Assembly (NCBI GenBank): GCA_038087875.1 | Contig: JAXLNO010000213.1 | Location: forward strand, 124,001 to 188,000 | Source of the DNA: Malacoraja senta | Taxonomy: Eukaryota | Direction: 5' to 3' | Length of the DNA stretch: 64,000 bases | In this document: positions 38,819-52,225 of the stretch, piece after piece | Position numbering within the stretch: the first letter of the stretch is position 1 | Layout: each line of letters begins with the position of its first letter | Program-made: the position numbers and the translations under genes | The notes under the pieces: generated by a model | Databases searched by the model: none | What the model was told of the DNA's origin: nothing | The model's input: the letters and a program-made list of their open reading frames with translations, nothing else

Positions 38819-39508
38819 TTAATTCTTATTTTCATCGAAGTAAAGTGCTGGAGTTACTCAAGGGACCGTGCACGTTATCTGAGAACGTGTACAGGTGACG
38901 TTTCGCATCGAGACCGTTATTTAGGGTTCAGAGTTCAGCGACTCGTTTTGTGTTTTTTTCAGTCGATCCTTCAATTATTTGCTTGTAATCTCCCGTGGTG
39001 GATTCAGCGGCTGTGATGCAAGGTGTTTGTTCCGTGAGTGTCACTAATGACAATCAGCAGGTATGAGGTCAAGTCGCTGGAGAACTATCGTTCTATATAT
39101 CTTGGTGCCCACCAAAACGCATCGCCACAGAGCTGCAGCGTTGACGGACTGACACAGGAGTTAATTGTGTCTTCCAGCTATGGGATATACATTGATTTAT
39201 CGAATTGAAGAAATATATAACCCTGCAATACCGGCTGTCGCGGTTTCCGGTAATTTCTTTGGTCATTGATTTTCATCTACCTGCATTAGCTGGGAGACAT
39301 CCGTCCACACCGGCGTTGCCTGCCGACGTTAAGCAATTTTGTTTTCTGTTTCAATAATTCACTTGTTTAATTTGGCCAGACATCCATTTTCCTACTGTAA
39401 CTGCCGTAATGTGTACGTCTTGCCCGTTGTTTATTCTGGCCTGCATCACTCTTTGTACTGATTGTGTTGGCCAGAGCCCTGAACAGAGAGCAGGTATCAG
39501 TTAATCAC

Positions 39509-40044
39509 AATAGACAACAGACAATAGTTGCAGGAGTCGGCCATTCGGCCCTTCGATCCACCACCGCCATTCAATGTGATCATGGCTAATCATCCCCAAT
39601 CAGTACCCCGTTCCTGCCTTCTCCCCATATCCCCTCACTCTGCTATCTTTAAGAGTCCAATCTAGCTCTCTCTTGAAAGTATCCAGAGAACCGGCCTCCA
39701 CCTCCTTCTGAGGCAGAGAATTCCACAGATTCACAACTCTCTGTGAGAAAATATATTTCCTCGTCTCCGTTCCAAATGGCTTATTTCTTATTATTAAACT
39801 GTGGCCCTTGGTTGTGGACTTCCCCAACTTCGGGAACATGTTTCCTGCCTCCAGCGTGTACAAACCCTTAATATTCTTATATGTTTCAATAAGATCCCCT
39901 CTCATCCTTGTTAACTCCAGCGTGTACAAGTCCAGCCGCTCCATTCTCTCAGCATGACAGTCCCGCCATCCCGGGAATTAACCTGGTGAACCTACGCTGC
40001 ACTCCCTCAATAGCAAGAATGTCCTTCCTCAAATTAGGGGACCC
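39509..40044 (-). mobile_element. CR1/HER1 3' fragment specific to the B2 intron
   Basis: ORF 39600-39944 plus tail. Absent at the paralogous B1 position (~18345). Confidence 0.88.
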
Positions 40045-40371
40045 TGAGATTGGATATATGTTGACCAAGAGCTGAGAGAATTGGACCTTGGACTCCATCC
40101 ATGTATAGTCTGAAACCAGTTAGTGAAATGACATCTGTTCCAAATCGGACAACCCTGCTTAACTGAGTATATAATCGATATATTTTCTGCAGTCGTCGCT
40201 GCGGGAAGCGTTATCCCGTGTTAGACCTGTAATTCTACAGCTCATTAGATAAAGCAGGTGAATGTCACGAGCTGGTTTCTGACTCTATAAAAGTGTCACG
40301 ATTTTACTATGCGTTAATTCAGATGTAAACAAATGTTGTCACGTAATATTCTGTCAGTTAATGTTATGTAT

Positions 40372-40750
40372 TTGGATAGCAGTAACAGGATCGGTCCGAG
40401 TCAGCATGGATTTACGAAGGGGAAATCATGCTTGACTAACCTTCTGGAATGTAACTAGGAAAATGGACAAGGGAGAGCCAGTGGATGTAGTGTACCTGGA
40501 CTTTCAGAAATCATTTGATAAGGTCCCACATAGGAGATTAGTGGGCAAAATTAGGGCACTTGGTATTGGAGGTTGAATGCTGACATGGATAGATAGTTGG
40601 TTGGCAGACAGGAAACAAAGAGAAGGGATTAACGGGTCCCTTTCAGAATGGCAGGCAGTGACGAGTGGGGTTCTGATTGGGGATGATCAGCCATGATCTC
40701 ATTGAATGGCGAATGGCCTACTCCTGCACCTAATGTCTATTGTCTATTGA
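40372..40750 (+). mobile_element. CR1/HER1 copy paralogous to 16758-18058, internally deleted
   Basis: Same 5' junction TTGGATAGCAGTAACAGG. RT sequence jumps to the tail at GTGGGG^TTCTGATTGGGG. Confidence 0.85.
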
Positions 40751-43015
40751 CATCCTCTTCTTTGGACGACCTGTAAATTCGAATGTATTACCGCAGATGT
40801 ATCTGTGCATCCTTGCCACCGTGCCACAGTCAGTACTGCCGGTGTCGCACAGTTCCGGAGACGCAGGTTCAATCTCAACCTCCTATGTGCAATGTTTCAT
40901 CGTTCGTCCTCCGACGCCGCGCTACTCATGGCTGCGCTCTTGGTTCCTTCCACAAGCAATTGAGCTACTGCCTATTAGTGGTTTCTGTAACTACTGGATA
41001 CGGGACTTTGTGTAGATGGATGGATGGATGCTACAATCTGGGGGACAGTTGATAAGAATGTGGGAAGAATTAAAAGCTGTGAACGTAATATACATTGGTG
41101 TTTGATGAGTTGCGTGTACACCGTGGTCCAAAGGCTGCAGTCTCTGAACTATGTCAGAGCTAAAGGTCATTTGGTCAACGCATCCAAGTTTGAAAACCTT
41201 CCAATCAGACAATGTCCCTCAGATACATTTTGCGGGTCTTGTGTCAGTAATATCTCTTCTCTCTCTCACAGTGAACTTGCTGGCGATTGTGATTCTCTGT
41301 CGAGGTAAATGCGGTTTCTCCAAATGCATCACAAGGTACCTGGTGGCCATGGCAGTGTCTGATCTTCTGGTCGGCATCACTGATCCGTTTCTACGTCAGA
41401 CTATTATAATTCACTTCCCGTTTTCTTTTCTGAACACTACTCCTGTGTGCGTGACTATCTCATTCCTGGTCTTTACAATCACCGCGGTCTCTGTCTTGCT
41501 GACGGTCGCCTTCACCTTCGATCGGTTTGTGGCAATTTGTTGTGAGAAGCTGAAAACAAGATATTGCACTGAGAGAACGGCGGCTGTGATTATCGGGGCA
41601 GTGAGTGTGCTGGGCTGTTTAGAGAACGTCCCCCGGTGTTTCACGTTTCAACCTGGCTACATGTTTAATAATCTTCCATGGCGTTGCTACACCAAACCCA
41701 CTTTCTATACGTCGTCTGCATGGATCGCATACGATGTCACAGATCGCGTTCTAACCCCGTGTATCCCGTTCTTTCTGATCCTTCTGCTCAATGTGCTGAC
41801 GGTCATGCGGATTGTAGCGGCCAGCAGAGTCCGCAGGGGCTCCGGGGGAAAAACCACGGAGAGAATGACAAGGACCCGGAGATGGAGAACCGCAGGAAAT
41901 CCATTGTTTTACTCTTCAGTATCACGGGCACTTTCATATTGCTGTGGGCAACACAAGCTGTCTTTTACATCTTTACCAGTATTGCGAAGACCGGGTATGA
42001 CGGCTCCCGCACCGGTTATTACTATATCACGAGAGCCACGTCTATGTTCCTGCAGCTGCTCAGTTCCTGCACCAACACGTGTATTTACTGGTGACCCAGA
42101 GTAAATTCAGAAAGGAGCTGTTGAACGGGATTAAATTCCCACAGAGCAATGCGTGCACTTGTTTGTTCGTGGGTCCATACATTACAGAAGCAGGCTATTT
42201 GATCCACCGAACCATGCTGATATTTCAACATACATTTTATCTCATCCCAGTTTGATCTCCCAATATTCTCACTCAAATGCCCAAATTTCTACTGCGCACA
42301 TACTGACATAGAATCGCGGTGCTGGTTCGAAGGGCCGAATGGCCTACTCCTGCGCCTATTGTCTATTGTCTGTTGTCTATTGTCATATGTCCTCAACCTT
42401 TCCCTCCTATTCCGTCTTATGCTTCATTTGCCCGGTTGCATATCTCACCATATCTGATTGCGTTACGGTTGCCGTCGTTAATCTGAAGCGGAATAAACAA
42501 TGCGAGGAAAACACAAATTGATGGAGGAAATCCTCGGGTCGGGTTGTATCTGCGCAGGGAATGGACAGACGGCGTTTTGTATGGGGACCATGAAGAAGTC
42601 TGGGGGAAGGAACTATCAGGAAACAGCGCCTGTCTATCCCCACCACAAATGCTGCCTGACCCACTGAGTTCTGATCTGCTCTCCGCTGCAGGGTGTGAAG
42701 CATTTGGAGAGGGCGTTAAAGGTTTAGCATATTGATAAAAAAAATACAAAGGCTAGAGGGCATGGGTTTAAAGTAAGAGAGCAAAGATCAATTGAAATGT
42801 GTGGGGCACGTTTCTTCACACAGAGGGTGGCAGATGCGCTTTTAATGTTAGTGGTGGAAGCTGTTAGTATCATGGAATTTATGAGGTATTCCTATAGGCA
42901 CGTGTATATGCAAATACCTGAGGGATATATATCATGTGTAAGCAGATGACACTAATTTAACTTAACATCATGATCGGCCCAGATATTACGGGCCGAAATG
43001 CCTTTTGCTGTGCTG

Positions 43016-43580
43016 CGGTGTATTCCACACACCCCCGCCCGGCAACGACACTGTGTATTCCACATCATCCCCCCCCCCCTCCCCCCGCCCACGACACTGT
43101 ATAATTCACATCCCCCGCCCTGGACACTGTGTGTTCCATATCCCCCGCCCACGACACTATGTAATCCACATCCTCCGCCCACGACACTGTGTAATCCACA
43201 TCCCCCGCCCGCCCAGGACTGTGTAATCCACATCCCCCGCCCTGGACATTGTGTAATCCACATCCCCCGCCCTGGACACTGTGTATTCCACATCCCCCCC
43301 GCCCGCCCACGACACTGTGTAATCCACACCCCCCGCCCGCCCAGGACTGTGTAATCCACATTCCCCCGCCCTGGACATTGTGTAATCCACATCCCCCACC
43401 CTGGACACTGTGTATTCCACATCCCCCCCGCCCGCCCACGACACTGTGTAATCCACATCCCGCGCCCTGGACACTGTGTAATCCACATCCTCCGCCCGTC
43501 CAGGACACTGTGTAATCCACATCCTCCGTCCAGCACACTCTGTTATCCACACCCACCGCTCGTCTAAAGATTCTGTGTGA
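43016..43580. repeat. ~30-bp minisatellite, paralog of 232-1060 with fewer units
   Basis: Read directly. Confidence 0.93.
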
Positions 43581-43946
43581 TCCACACCCGCCGACCCGGG
43601 ACACAACCCCTGTGTAATCCACAAATCTCCGGCCCGGGTCTCATTCTAGCCCACACCTCGTCGTCCCAGGGCTCTGTTTTATCGACATCGCAGGATCCTG
43701 AAATTTTCATTGACACACCAGAGCCCAGGGCCACGTGTAACCTAACAACCGTCCCGCGATTGAAAACCATGTGCAATCAGTGACACCATCTGTAATCCCA
43801 GGATACAGACCCCTGACCCGGTGTAATATACACAACCACTCTACGGCTTGGATCCAGTGTCATCCACAGCCAGGACGCGGACATTGTTTAGTTCAGGATC
43901 TTTTCTTTCAATCCACAAGTCGTCACATAAATCTGTGTAATCTAAG

Positions 43947-44353
43947 TCCATTGATGAACTGTACACTGCAAGGGCCAGGAACCGAGCGAGCAACATCATC
44001 TCTGACCCCTCTCACCCTGGCCACAAACTCTTTGAATCACTTCCCTCTGGATGCGACTCCGGATTGTCAAAGCTGCCACAGCCAGACATAAAAACAGTTT
44101 TTATCCACGAGTAGTTGCTCTACTCAACAGCCAAAAATCTGTAGCCTCCCTTTGATCTGGTATTTTATTGGTTCACATGCTTGATCAATGGTGTTTTATC
44201 ATTAATGTTTTATTATTATTATTGTTGTTTAGTGTTTTCTGAGTCATTCGTAACTGTCACTGTATGTCATGTTGTTATTTGTGGGCGTATCATCAAGGCA
44301 AATTCCTTGTATGTGAATACTTGGCCAATAAACTTACTTACTTACTTACTTAC
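43947..44353 (+). mobile_element. Rex-Babar-type LINE 3' fragment (paralog of 1475-1890)
   Basis: Same sequence and (TTAC) tail. Confidence 0.85.
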
Positions 44354-45900
44354 TAATCTATATGATTTTTCCGAGGACGCAGTGAATCCGCGCCACCGAG
44401 CTGGACGCTGCTTTTTGATCCAAAACCTCCGACCCAGAACCCTTTATGATCCCACCCCAGATTCCAGGACTCCGGGCAGCGCAGGGACATGGGTACTGAG
44501 TAAACCTCGTACCTGGACGCGGTGCAAACATCACAGACTAGTCTGGAACTATGTTTAATCCAAACCACTGTCCGGGGCTCCAGGACACTGTTTAATCGGG
44601 TCCTTGCGTAATCAGCATCCCAGATCGAGGAGCATGTGTAATCCACACCCCGGTCAAGTACCCGGGACCTTTGTAATCCACACTCCCGTCTCTGGACACG
44701 GTTAGGTGTGAAACCTACACCCCAGGTCCAGGGCCATGTGTAAACCACACCACAATTCCAGCTCCCTGGACCCTATATAATACACACACCCGCCCAGCAC
44801 CCGGGACCCTGTGTAATCCACAATCCCATCCCAGGAGCCGGCTCCTTGTTTAATCAGTATCCCAGGTCCTGGACCAGAGGTATTCCACACCACCTTTCCT
44901 GCACACGCGACCCTGTGTATTCGACATTCCGTCTCGGGACCTGGTTATTTGTGTAACCTGCACTCCCTTTCCAGCACCCGGGAACCAGTGTAATCCAAAC
45001 CAAGCCACGGTATTTCAAACCCTCGGACCCGGAACCCTGTGCACACAAAACCCACTCCGATACACTACATGACTCAGCAGTAGCCAATCGCCAGAGCAGC
45101 TCCCATCGGGAGAGTGAACGCATCCTCACTCGATCACCTGCTTGGAAAAGACTGCAACAGCGTCCAGTCCCCAGATGAGGAAGCCCCGTCGCGTTGGACA
45201 CACCATTTCAGTCACGCAGCGATGGAGTGGGGTGGGGTGGGGGAGCGAGTGGTTTCCACGAAGGAATTTGAGAATCGCAGGGGAACCTTCAGACTGGGAT
45301 ATTGTCGGGGTGCAGGAGCAGCGCTGTACATGTCGTAGAAGATATTTCCTAATACCCACCCGCAAGACACGACCCCTCCGCATGGCACATCCTACCCTCC
45401 GCCAGACATGTCCTCGCATCAACGAGGCACGCCTGTCATCCAGCCAGACAAGTATCCACCTCCTCCAGACACGTATGTCCCTCCGCCAGACACCTTCCCC
45501 TTCTACCAAACACCTCCCCCTCTGTCAAACACGTCTCCCCCTCCGCCAAATAATTATCCCTAGCAGTCAGACACGTCCGACTCTCCGCCCGACACGTCAG
45601 CCTCTCCTCCACATTTGTCTGCCCTTCCGCCAGGCGCCTCAGCCTCTCCTCCACATTTGTCTGCCCTTCGGCCAGACACGTCTGCCTCTCCTCCATACAC
45701 CCCTGGCCTTCGGCCAGACACGGCTGCCGCTCCGTCAGACACGGCGCTCCCGACTTCCGGTAGCGTCATGGAACATTGAGGACGCTGCAGTGAGCTTTAC
45801 TCCCGTAAAAATTATCAAAAAGCCGTTTTAAAGTTTAAAATAACTCAACGGAGCTGCTTGGTTTGCATAAGGAAAACATCATTAGATAACGGACTTTTAA

Positions 45901-46926
45901 ATGAGCAAGAGGACTTGTTCACGCGCACCAAAAAAAACCACTATAAGCCTCCAGCTGAAAAGTGTGTTGGATACTCTGCAAACAACTGAAGAAGGTTCTG
46001 AGGAGCAGCCCGATAGCCAAGGAGTTGTGCTGGAAATGGCTACAAAAGGAGGAAAGAAAGATCTGGAGGTAAAGGAAATGTTTGTAGAAATTACTACTAC
46101 AATTAAGAGTATGGAGAATAATATGGAAATATTTTCTCATAAAATTGATGGTGCCTGTGATGAGTTAAAGGAGCTGAAGAAGCAACATATTGAGTTTGGG
46201 AAAAAACTTAACTCAGAAATTGTTAGAGTCGAAAAGGATTATAATAAGAAGCTTTCTGGTGTAAATGCTAAGATGGACAACATTGACGAGAGAATGGAAG
46301 AGATGGAAAGTGATATGAAAGAGATGATCATGGAAATAAACAGTCTGAAAAAATCAAAGAAAGATGAAGCAGAAAAGCTGGCAAGAATGACTGACAAATG
46401 TTTGGACTTGGAAGCGAGAGCAAGAAGGCAGAATTTGAGAATCGTTGGAGTAAGAGAAGGACGAGAAGAACATGTATCTCAAACACGTACTTTCGTTACT
46501 GAATTACTCAAAGAGGTTCTTAAACTGCCGGGGGAACTAAGAATAGATACTGTTCAACGAGTTGGACGTGTCTCAAGAGGCATAAATGCTGCTCCAAGAC
46601 AGATAATTGTGAAATTTCTTGATATTTCTTCAGTGGAAACTATACTGAAGAAGATTGTTCATGGTGAAAATTTGATATATCGTGGGGAAAAGATCCGATT
46701 TTTCCGTGATTATCCTCCAGAGATTGTCCAGAGAATGAACCTGTTTACACCGACAAGAAACATATTGAGGGGTATTTCACAAGTCAGATATGGTATTGTT
46801 TTTCCTGCAAAAATGAAAATTACTTATAAGGAAATTGAGCGCTCATTTACGGACCCAGAAAAAGCATTTAAATATGCAGAAGATATCATGAGGAAAGCAT
46901 CGGAAACATCAGAAGAAGACGACTAA
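45901..46926 (+). CDS. L1 ORF1 protein (coiled coil, RRM, CTD), intact 341 aa
   Basis: Heptad-rich coiled coil, LEARARRQNLRIVGVREG, PRQIIVKF, IRFFRDYPPE and YGIVFPAKMKITY. Confidence 0.9.
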   Translation: MSKRTCSRAPKKTTISLQLKSVLDTLQTTEEGSEEQPDSQGVVLEMATKGGKKDLEVKEMFVEITTTIKSMENNMEIFSHKIDGACDELKELKKQHIEFGKKLNSEIVRVEKDYNKKLSGVNAKMDNIDERMEEMESDMKEMIMEINSLKKSKKDEAEKLARMTDKCLDLEARARRQNLRIVGVREGREEHVSQTRTFVTELLKEVLKLPGELRIDTVQRVGRVSRGINAAPRQIIVKFLDISSVETILKKIVHGENLIYRGEKIRFFRDYPPEIVQRMNLFTPTRNILRGISQVRYGIVFPAKMKITYKEIERSFTDPEKAFKYAEDIMRKASETSEEDD

Positions 46927-47867
46927 AGGAATGAACATGGAACTTTTTAATTTCTAAGATGGAGCTGGAACTGGCGGATTTCTCAGACAGTTACTGAGCT
47001 TATCTGTCTGGAATGTATTGGACAATATTGTTTAACCTTGAATGAAAAGCTCTCGTACAAAGAACGAGATAACATGAGTATTTAACTATTATATGCTAAT
47101 TACAATTAACTAACTAACTTTAACAAAACTAATGTGAGTGTGTGTAGTAATTATGAATAATTATGAATAAACGATTGCTTATAAATTGTAATTAACCAAA
47201 ATGTCTATAACATTACTAACATTTTCTTTCTTTCTTTTTGAGTGGGAACGCAACATAAACTTGGAAAAAATCCAGGAATGAGGTTAACCCCTCGGTACCT
47301 GCTTGTAGGGTAGCTGGCTAGATAAACTGGTACAGTACAAATACTTATAGAAATGAGAATAGGTTGTGGTTTATATTTGGATTTGGGGTTTAATTACATT
47401 ATTTTTTTCTTTTTTTAAAACTCTTTAATATTTTATCTTTGCATATTTTTGTTATTATTATTATTATTACTAATTTTTTTTTAAATTATTTTTTGGGGGC
47501 ATTTTACTAACGCTAGTTTGATAAAGTTATACAAGAATAAACGAGACGGTTTGTAGTTTTTTTTTTTACGAGGTGTTAATAAGGGATTGGGGCTCACTGT
47601 AAAATAACATCAACGGAAGTCTATAATTCTTTCGCCACCTTAGGTGGCTATTTGTCTTTAAGGTACCTGCTTTTAGATACCTTAATTTCACTTTTTTTTT
47701 AAAATCACTTAATTAATTGTAAATCACAACTTTTCTTGCTTTATCTAAGGCACTTTTGGAGATGGAGATGTAATGTAAACTTAAAAATTTGGAATGACCA
47801 CCCAACGTCCAGAACACGGAGGTATTTGTTTGCACCATATGTTTCAAGAACATTACTTTGATATACA

Positions 47868-50800
47868 ATGCAGGACGATAGGCAAATAAAGAATGGAGGA
47901 ATCACATTCTGTAGTTGGAATATAAGGGGTGCCAATGAACCAATAAAGAAGGGTACAATTTTTGCTCACCTAAAATCTTTGAAAAGCGACATAATCTACT
48001 TGCAAGAAACTCACATGAAACAGGAAACACAAATGAGATTAAAGGCGAAGTGGATAGGCCAAGCATATTATTCGTCATTTACTTCTAAATCTAGAGGTAC
48101 GGCTATTCTTATTCGAAAAGGTATACCGTTCAAATTAAAGAATACTATATCAGATAAAGAGGGAAGGTATATTATAGTTTCGGGAGACATTTATGCTACC
48201 CCAATAACTATGGTAAATATTTACGCTCCGAATTTTGATAACCCTCAATTTTTTGAGAAAATTATAGATATAATACTGGAGTTTAATTATCAAAATGTCA
48301 TAATAGGAGGGGATTTCAACTGTGTTTTAGATCCTTACTTAGACAAATCAGCAAAACAAAGAAGGAGTAATACAAAATCTAAGACTAGTGAATTTCTAAA
48401 TACATATATAAAAAATAGTAACATAACAGATGTATGGAGATCTGCTAACCCAGCAGGAAGGGAATACTCGTTTTACTCTTCGGTACATAAAACATACTCA
48501 AGAATTGATTTTTTTTAGTGGATATGAAATTAATGCCATATATAATTAACCCAACTTACCATATTAGTAGTATTTCTGATCACTCTCCATTGACTTTTTT
48601 AGTAAAATTTGAAGGAATGCCGGGAAATAATTTTTTTTGGAGGTTTAACACATATATATTAAATGACTTACAGGGTTATCAATATTTGAAACAACAAATT
48701 ATATCATTTTTTGAGATAAATGATACACCAGGTACCTCACCTTCTTTAATATGGGAAACTTTTAAAGCATTTATTAGAGGAATTATAATTTCATATGGAA
48801 TTTTTCAAAATAAGAACAATAAAACAACAGATGCTGTTAGAACAAGAAATAAGACAGTTAGAGTTAGATAATGCTAAAGATCCCACTATAGATAAACAGA
48901 ATAAGATAATACTACTGAAATTTAAACTTAACCGAATTCTCTCGGCAAGAGTAATAAGATTATTCCAAATTACAAAACAAGAACATTTTGAGTTTGGTGA
49001 CAAACCACATAAGCTGTTGGCGCGTCAATTGAAAAAACAGGAAAAGGAAAATACTATAAATAAAATTAAATCCGAGAATGGTGAATTACTAACACTACCT
49101 AAAGATATCAATAAAAGATTTGTTCAATTTTATCAAAAACCAAAACAGAAGATAGTAAAATTACAAATTTTTTAGATAAATGTAATCTACCAAAACTTGA
49201 CCTTTTGGAACAAGAAGAACTAGGAGCGCTAATTACAATCGAAGAAATAGGTGAAACAATAAAATTGCTGAAAAATGGTAAGACACCGGGACCAGATGGT
49301 TTTAGTAATGAATTTTATAAAAAGTTTCATGAGATAACGACCCCCTATCTATTTAATTTATATACTCACGTTATTAAAGAAAATAAATTACCTGAAACAT
49401 TAGCAGAATCAACTATTACGCTTATTCCAAAGAAAGATAAAGATCTAGAGGAACCGGGCTCATATAGAGCTATATCACTTTTAAATACCGACCAGAAAAT
49501 TCTAGCAAAGACTTTAGCTAGAAGACTAAGCAAATATATTAGTAAATTGATAAACCCTGATCAAACGGGGTTTATACCCAAAAGATATTCATTTAATAAT
49601 TTGAGACGCCTGTTTAATATAATGTACTCACATAAAAAGGAAGAAAAAGACTTAGCAATTATTTCTTTGGACGCAGAGAAAGCATTTGATCAGGTAGAAT
49701 GGCAGTATTTATACATAGTATTACAAAAATTTAATATGGGAGAGAATTTTATTGCATGGGTGAAATTATTATATGATAAACCGATGGCAAGAATATTAAC
49801 TAACAGCATGTTATCTCAAAAATTTCAATTATCAAGGGGTAATAGGCAGGGATGTGCTTTATCACCCCTGCTATTTGCCCTTATGATAGAACCTCTGGCT
49901 GAAAGTATAAGAAGCCATCCGAATATTCAGGGTTATAATACTAGGGACTCAAATAATAACATTTCATTGTATGCAGACGATATTTTGTTATATATAACAA
50001 ATTCACAAACGAGCATACCAAATTTATTAAATTTAATAGAGGGATTTGGGTCCTTTTCAGGATATAGAATAAACTGGAACAAAAGTGAAATTATGACGTT
50101 AAAACCTCAAGAATCCACACACTTATTGAAATTCCCCTTTAAAATAGCAACAGAAAAATTCAAATATCTGGGTATACAGATTACTAGAAAACATAAAGCT
50201 TTATTCAATGCTAATTTTATACCCTTAATAAATAAACTTAATATAATGATAAAATTTTGGAAAACACTCCCTTTATCATTAATAGGCAGAATAAATGCTA
50301 TTAAAATGAGCTTCTTACCACAGTTATTATACCTATTTCAATCTATACCAGTATATGTAACAAAATATTTTTTTTCTGATCTGAACGCTAATATTACTAA
50401 TTTTGTTTGGGATTACAAATCACATAGAATTAAAAAAGAACACTTATGTAAACCAAAAGATGTCGGGGGACTTTCACTCCCTAATTTTTTGTATTACTAT
50501 TGGGCAATACATATTAAGAATATAATTTACTGGTTGGATAGTTCAACTCAACAGACAGAATGGATAAAAATGGAGAAAGAGGATTGTTATCCTTGTAATA
50601 TAGGAACAATCATCTTCTCCCCGAAAAAAATGAACAATACAATATATAAGAAAAACCCAATTATACAAGATACAATAAGAATATGGAAACAAATAAAACT
50701 ATCCTTAAAATTAAGAAACCTATCATTGTTAACACCGATAGCGAATAAACCATCTATGATGGATAAAATATATAATCAATGGGAAAGTTTAGGAATTAAA

Positions 50801-51647
50801 AGGATCGGGGATATGTATGAAATGGGAGATTTATTATCATTTCAACAATTACAATTAAAATTTAAACTGAAAAATACTCATTATTTTAAATATTTTCAGA
50901 TTTGTAATTTTTTGAAGACATACATACAGGGATATCAAAAAAATAACTCCTGATTTACTGGAAGAAGTAATGAATATAAAAGCTGATATACAAAAATTAA
51001 CAGCATATTTATATAATAGTATCTTAAATATAGATTTACCTGTGACCGAGGTAATTAGAGAAGAGTGGGAACGGGAATTATTGATCAAAATTACGAAGGC
51101 TACATGGGAAAAGTATTTGACATACATTCACAAGTGTTCGATTAACGCAAGACATAATCTAATCCAATTTAAAATTTTACATAGATTATATTACTCAAAA
51201 ACAAGATTAAATAAATGTTATCCAAATATATCGCCCATTTGCGATAAATGTTTAACCCAAGAAGCAACTATAACACACTCTTTTGTTTCTTGTATAAAAC
51301 TTCATGGATTTTGGAGTGATATTTTCGAAATATTTACAAAACTATTAAAGACAAAAATGGAACCCAATAATGAATTGATTATATTTGGGGTAATGGAAGA
51401 CGGGAACAAATTGAGCTCATCTCAAAAGTCAATTTTTAATTATCGTTTAATAATAGCAAAAAAATGAATATTGAAATTTTGGAAAAATACACCAATACCA
51501 ACGCTCAAAATGTGGATTGCAAGTATGTTGGATACCGCACATCTTGAGGAAATGCGATTCCTCCTAATAGATAAATTTGACCAATTCATAACGAGTTGCT
51601 CTCCATTTGTTGTCTTTTTGGAAACGTATGGTGCAAAACAGGTGTAA
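47868..51647 (+). pseudogene. L1 ORF2 (APE endonuclease, RT, C-terminal Cys motif), disrupted
   Basis: SWNIRG, LQETH, GDFN, SRID, SDH; YRAISLLN, LDAEKAFD, QGCALSP, YADD; CDKC...HSFVSC. Frameshifts near 48512, 48822, 49140 and 50940, and a stop at 51465. Confidence 0.92.
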
Positions 51648-52225
51648 AAGCTAATCCGTGACTGCGCATGGTCAAGATTATAAATGATCTCCTTCTATTT
51701 TCTTTTCTTCTTTTCTTTTCTTTTATTCTCTTTCTTCTATTTTCTATGTCTCAACTTTCTTATTTCATTCTTTATTTTTATTTTTCACACACTATATATC
51801 TCACATTTTTCTATTTTTCATTATCTAACTTTTTTCTTTTTCTTCTTTATTTCAAAAAAAAATTTAAATAAGAAGCTGTACATAAAAGGTATTATGAAAA
51901 TATGATTGTATACAATTGTACTTCTAATAAAATAAAAATAAAAAATAAAAAAGACACGGCGGTCCCTCCACCTACCACGGCTGGCTCTCTTCCATTATAT
52001 ATGCCTCTCATGCCTGCTCCTCTACACAGATACCGTCTGGTCCTCCGCCACACACACGTGCCATTCCACTAGACCCCGGAGACCCACCAAGCAGACACGA
52101 CTCATCGTCAGAGGTCATTGCACCTGCTACCGCAGCAACTCCGAAAACATATTAATTCCGAAAAGTAAATGGCGAAAATATGTTGGGACAGATGTAGTTC
52201 AAAAGCTGACAAATGGGCCAACCAT

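Larger units (their letters stand above)
39180..42202 (+). pseudogene. GPR139-like GPCR B2 pseudogene (exon 1 39180-39249; exon 2 41272-42202)
   Basis: Exon 1 MGYTLIYRIEEIYNPAIPAVAVS with donor G|GTAATT, and acceptor CACAG|TG. Relative to B1 there are a -1 deletion in a G run at ~41838, a -1 at ~42088 (TAC-TGGTG) and a -2 at ~42145. Confidence 0.88.
38820..43015 (+). repeat. Inverted segmental duplication arm (pairs with 13882-19042)
   Basis: Begins TAATTCTTATTTTCATCGAAGTAAAG, the reverse complement of ~19017-19042. Confidence 0.93.
45747..51951 (+). mobile_element. Full-length L1-clade LINE (6.2 kb) with 10-bp TSD AGACACGGCG
   Basis: TSD at 45737-45746 and 51952-51961. 5' GACTTCCGG, ORF1, ~940-bp spacer, ORF2, AATAAA and an A-rich tail. 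The empty site is visible at ~3300. Confidence 0.95.

Noticed and set aside
41151..42104. 317-aa ORF as an intact single-exon GPCR
   Set aside because: The N-terminus is intronic and the frame leaves the receptor after TM5 at ~41838. Three separate indels make sequencing error an unlikely sole cause.
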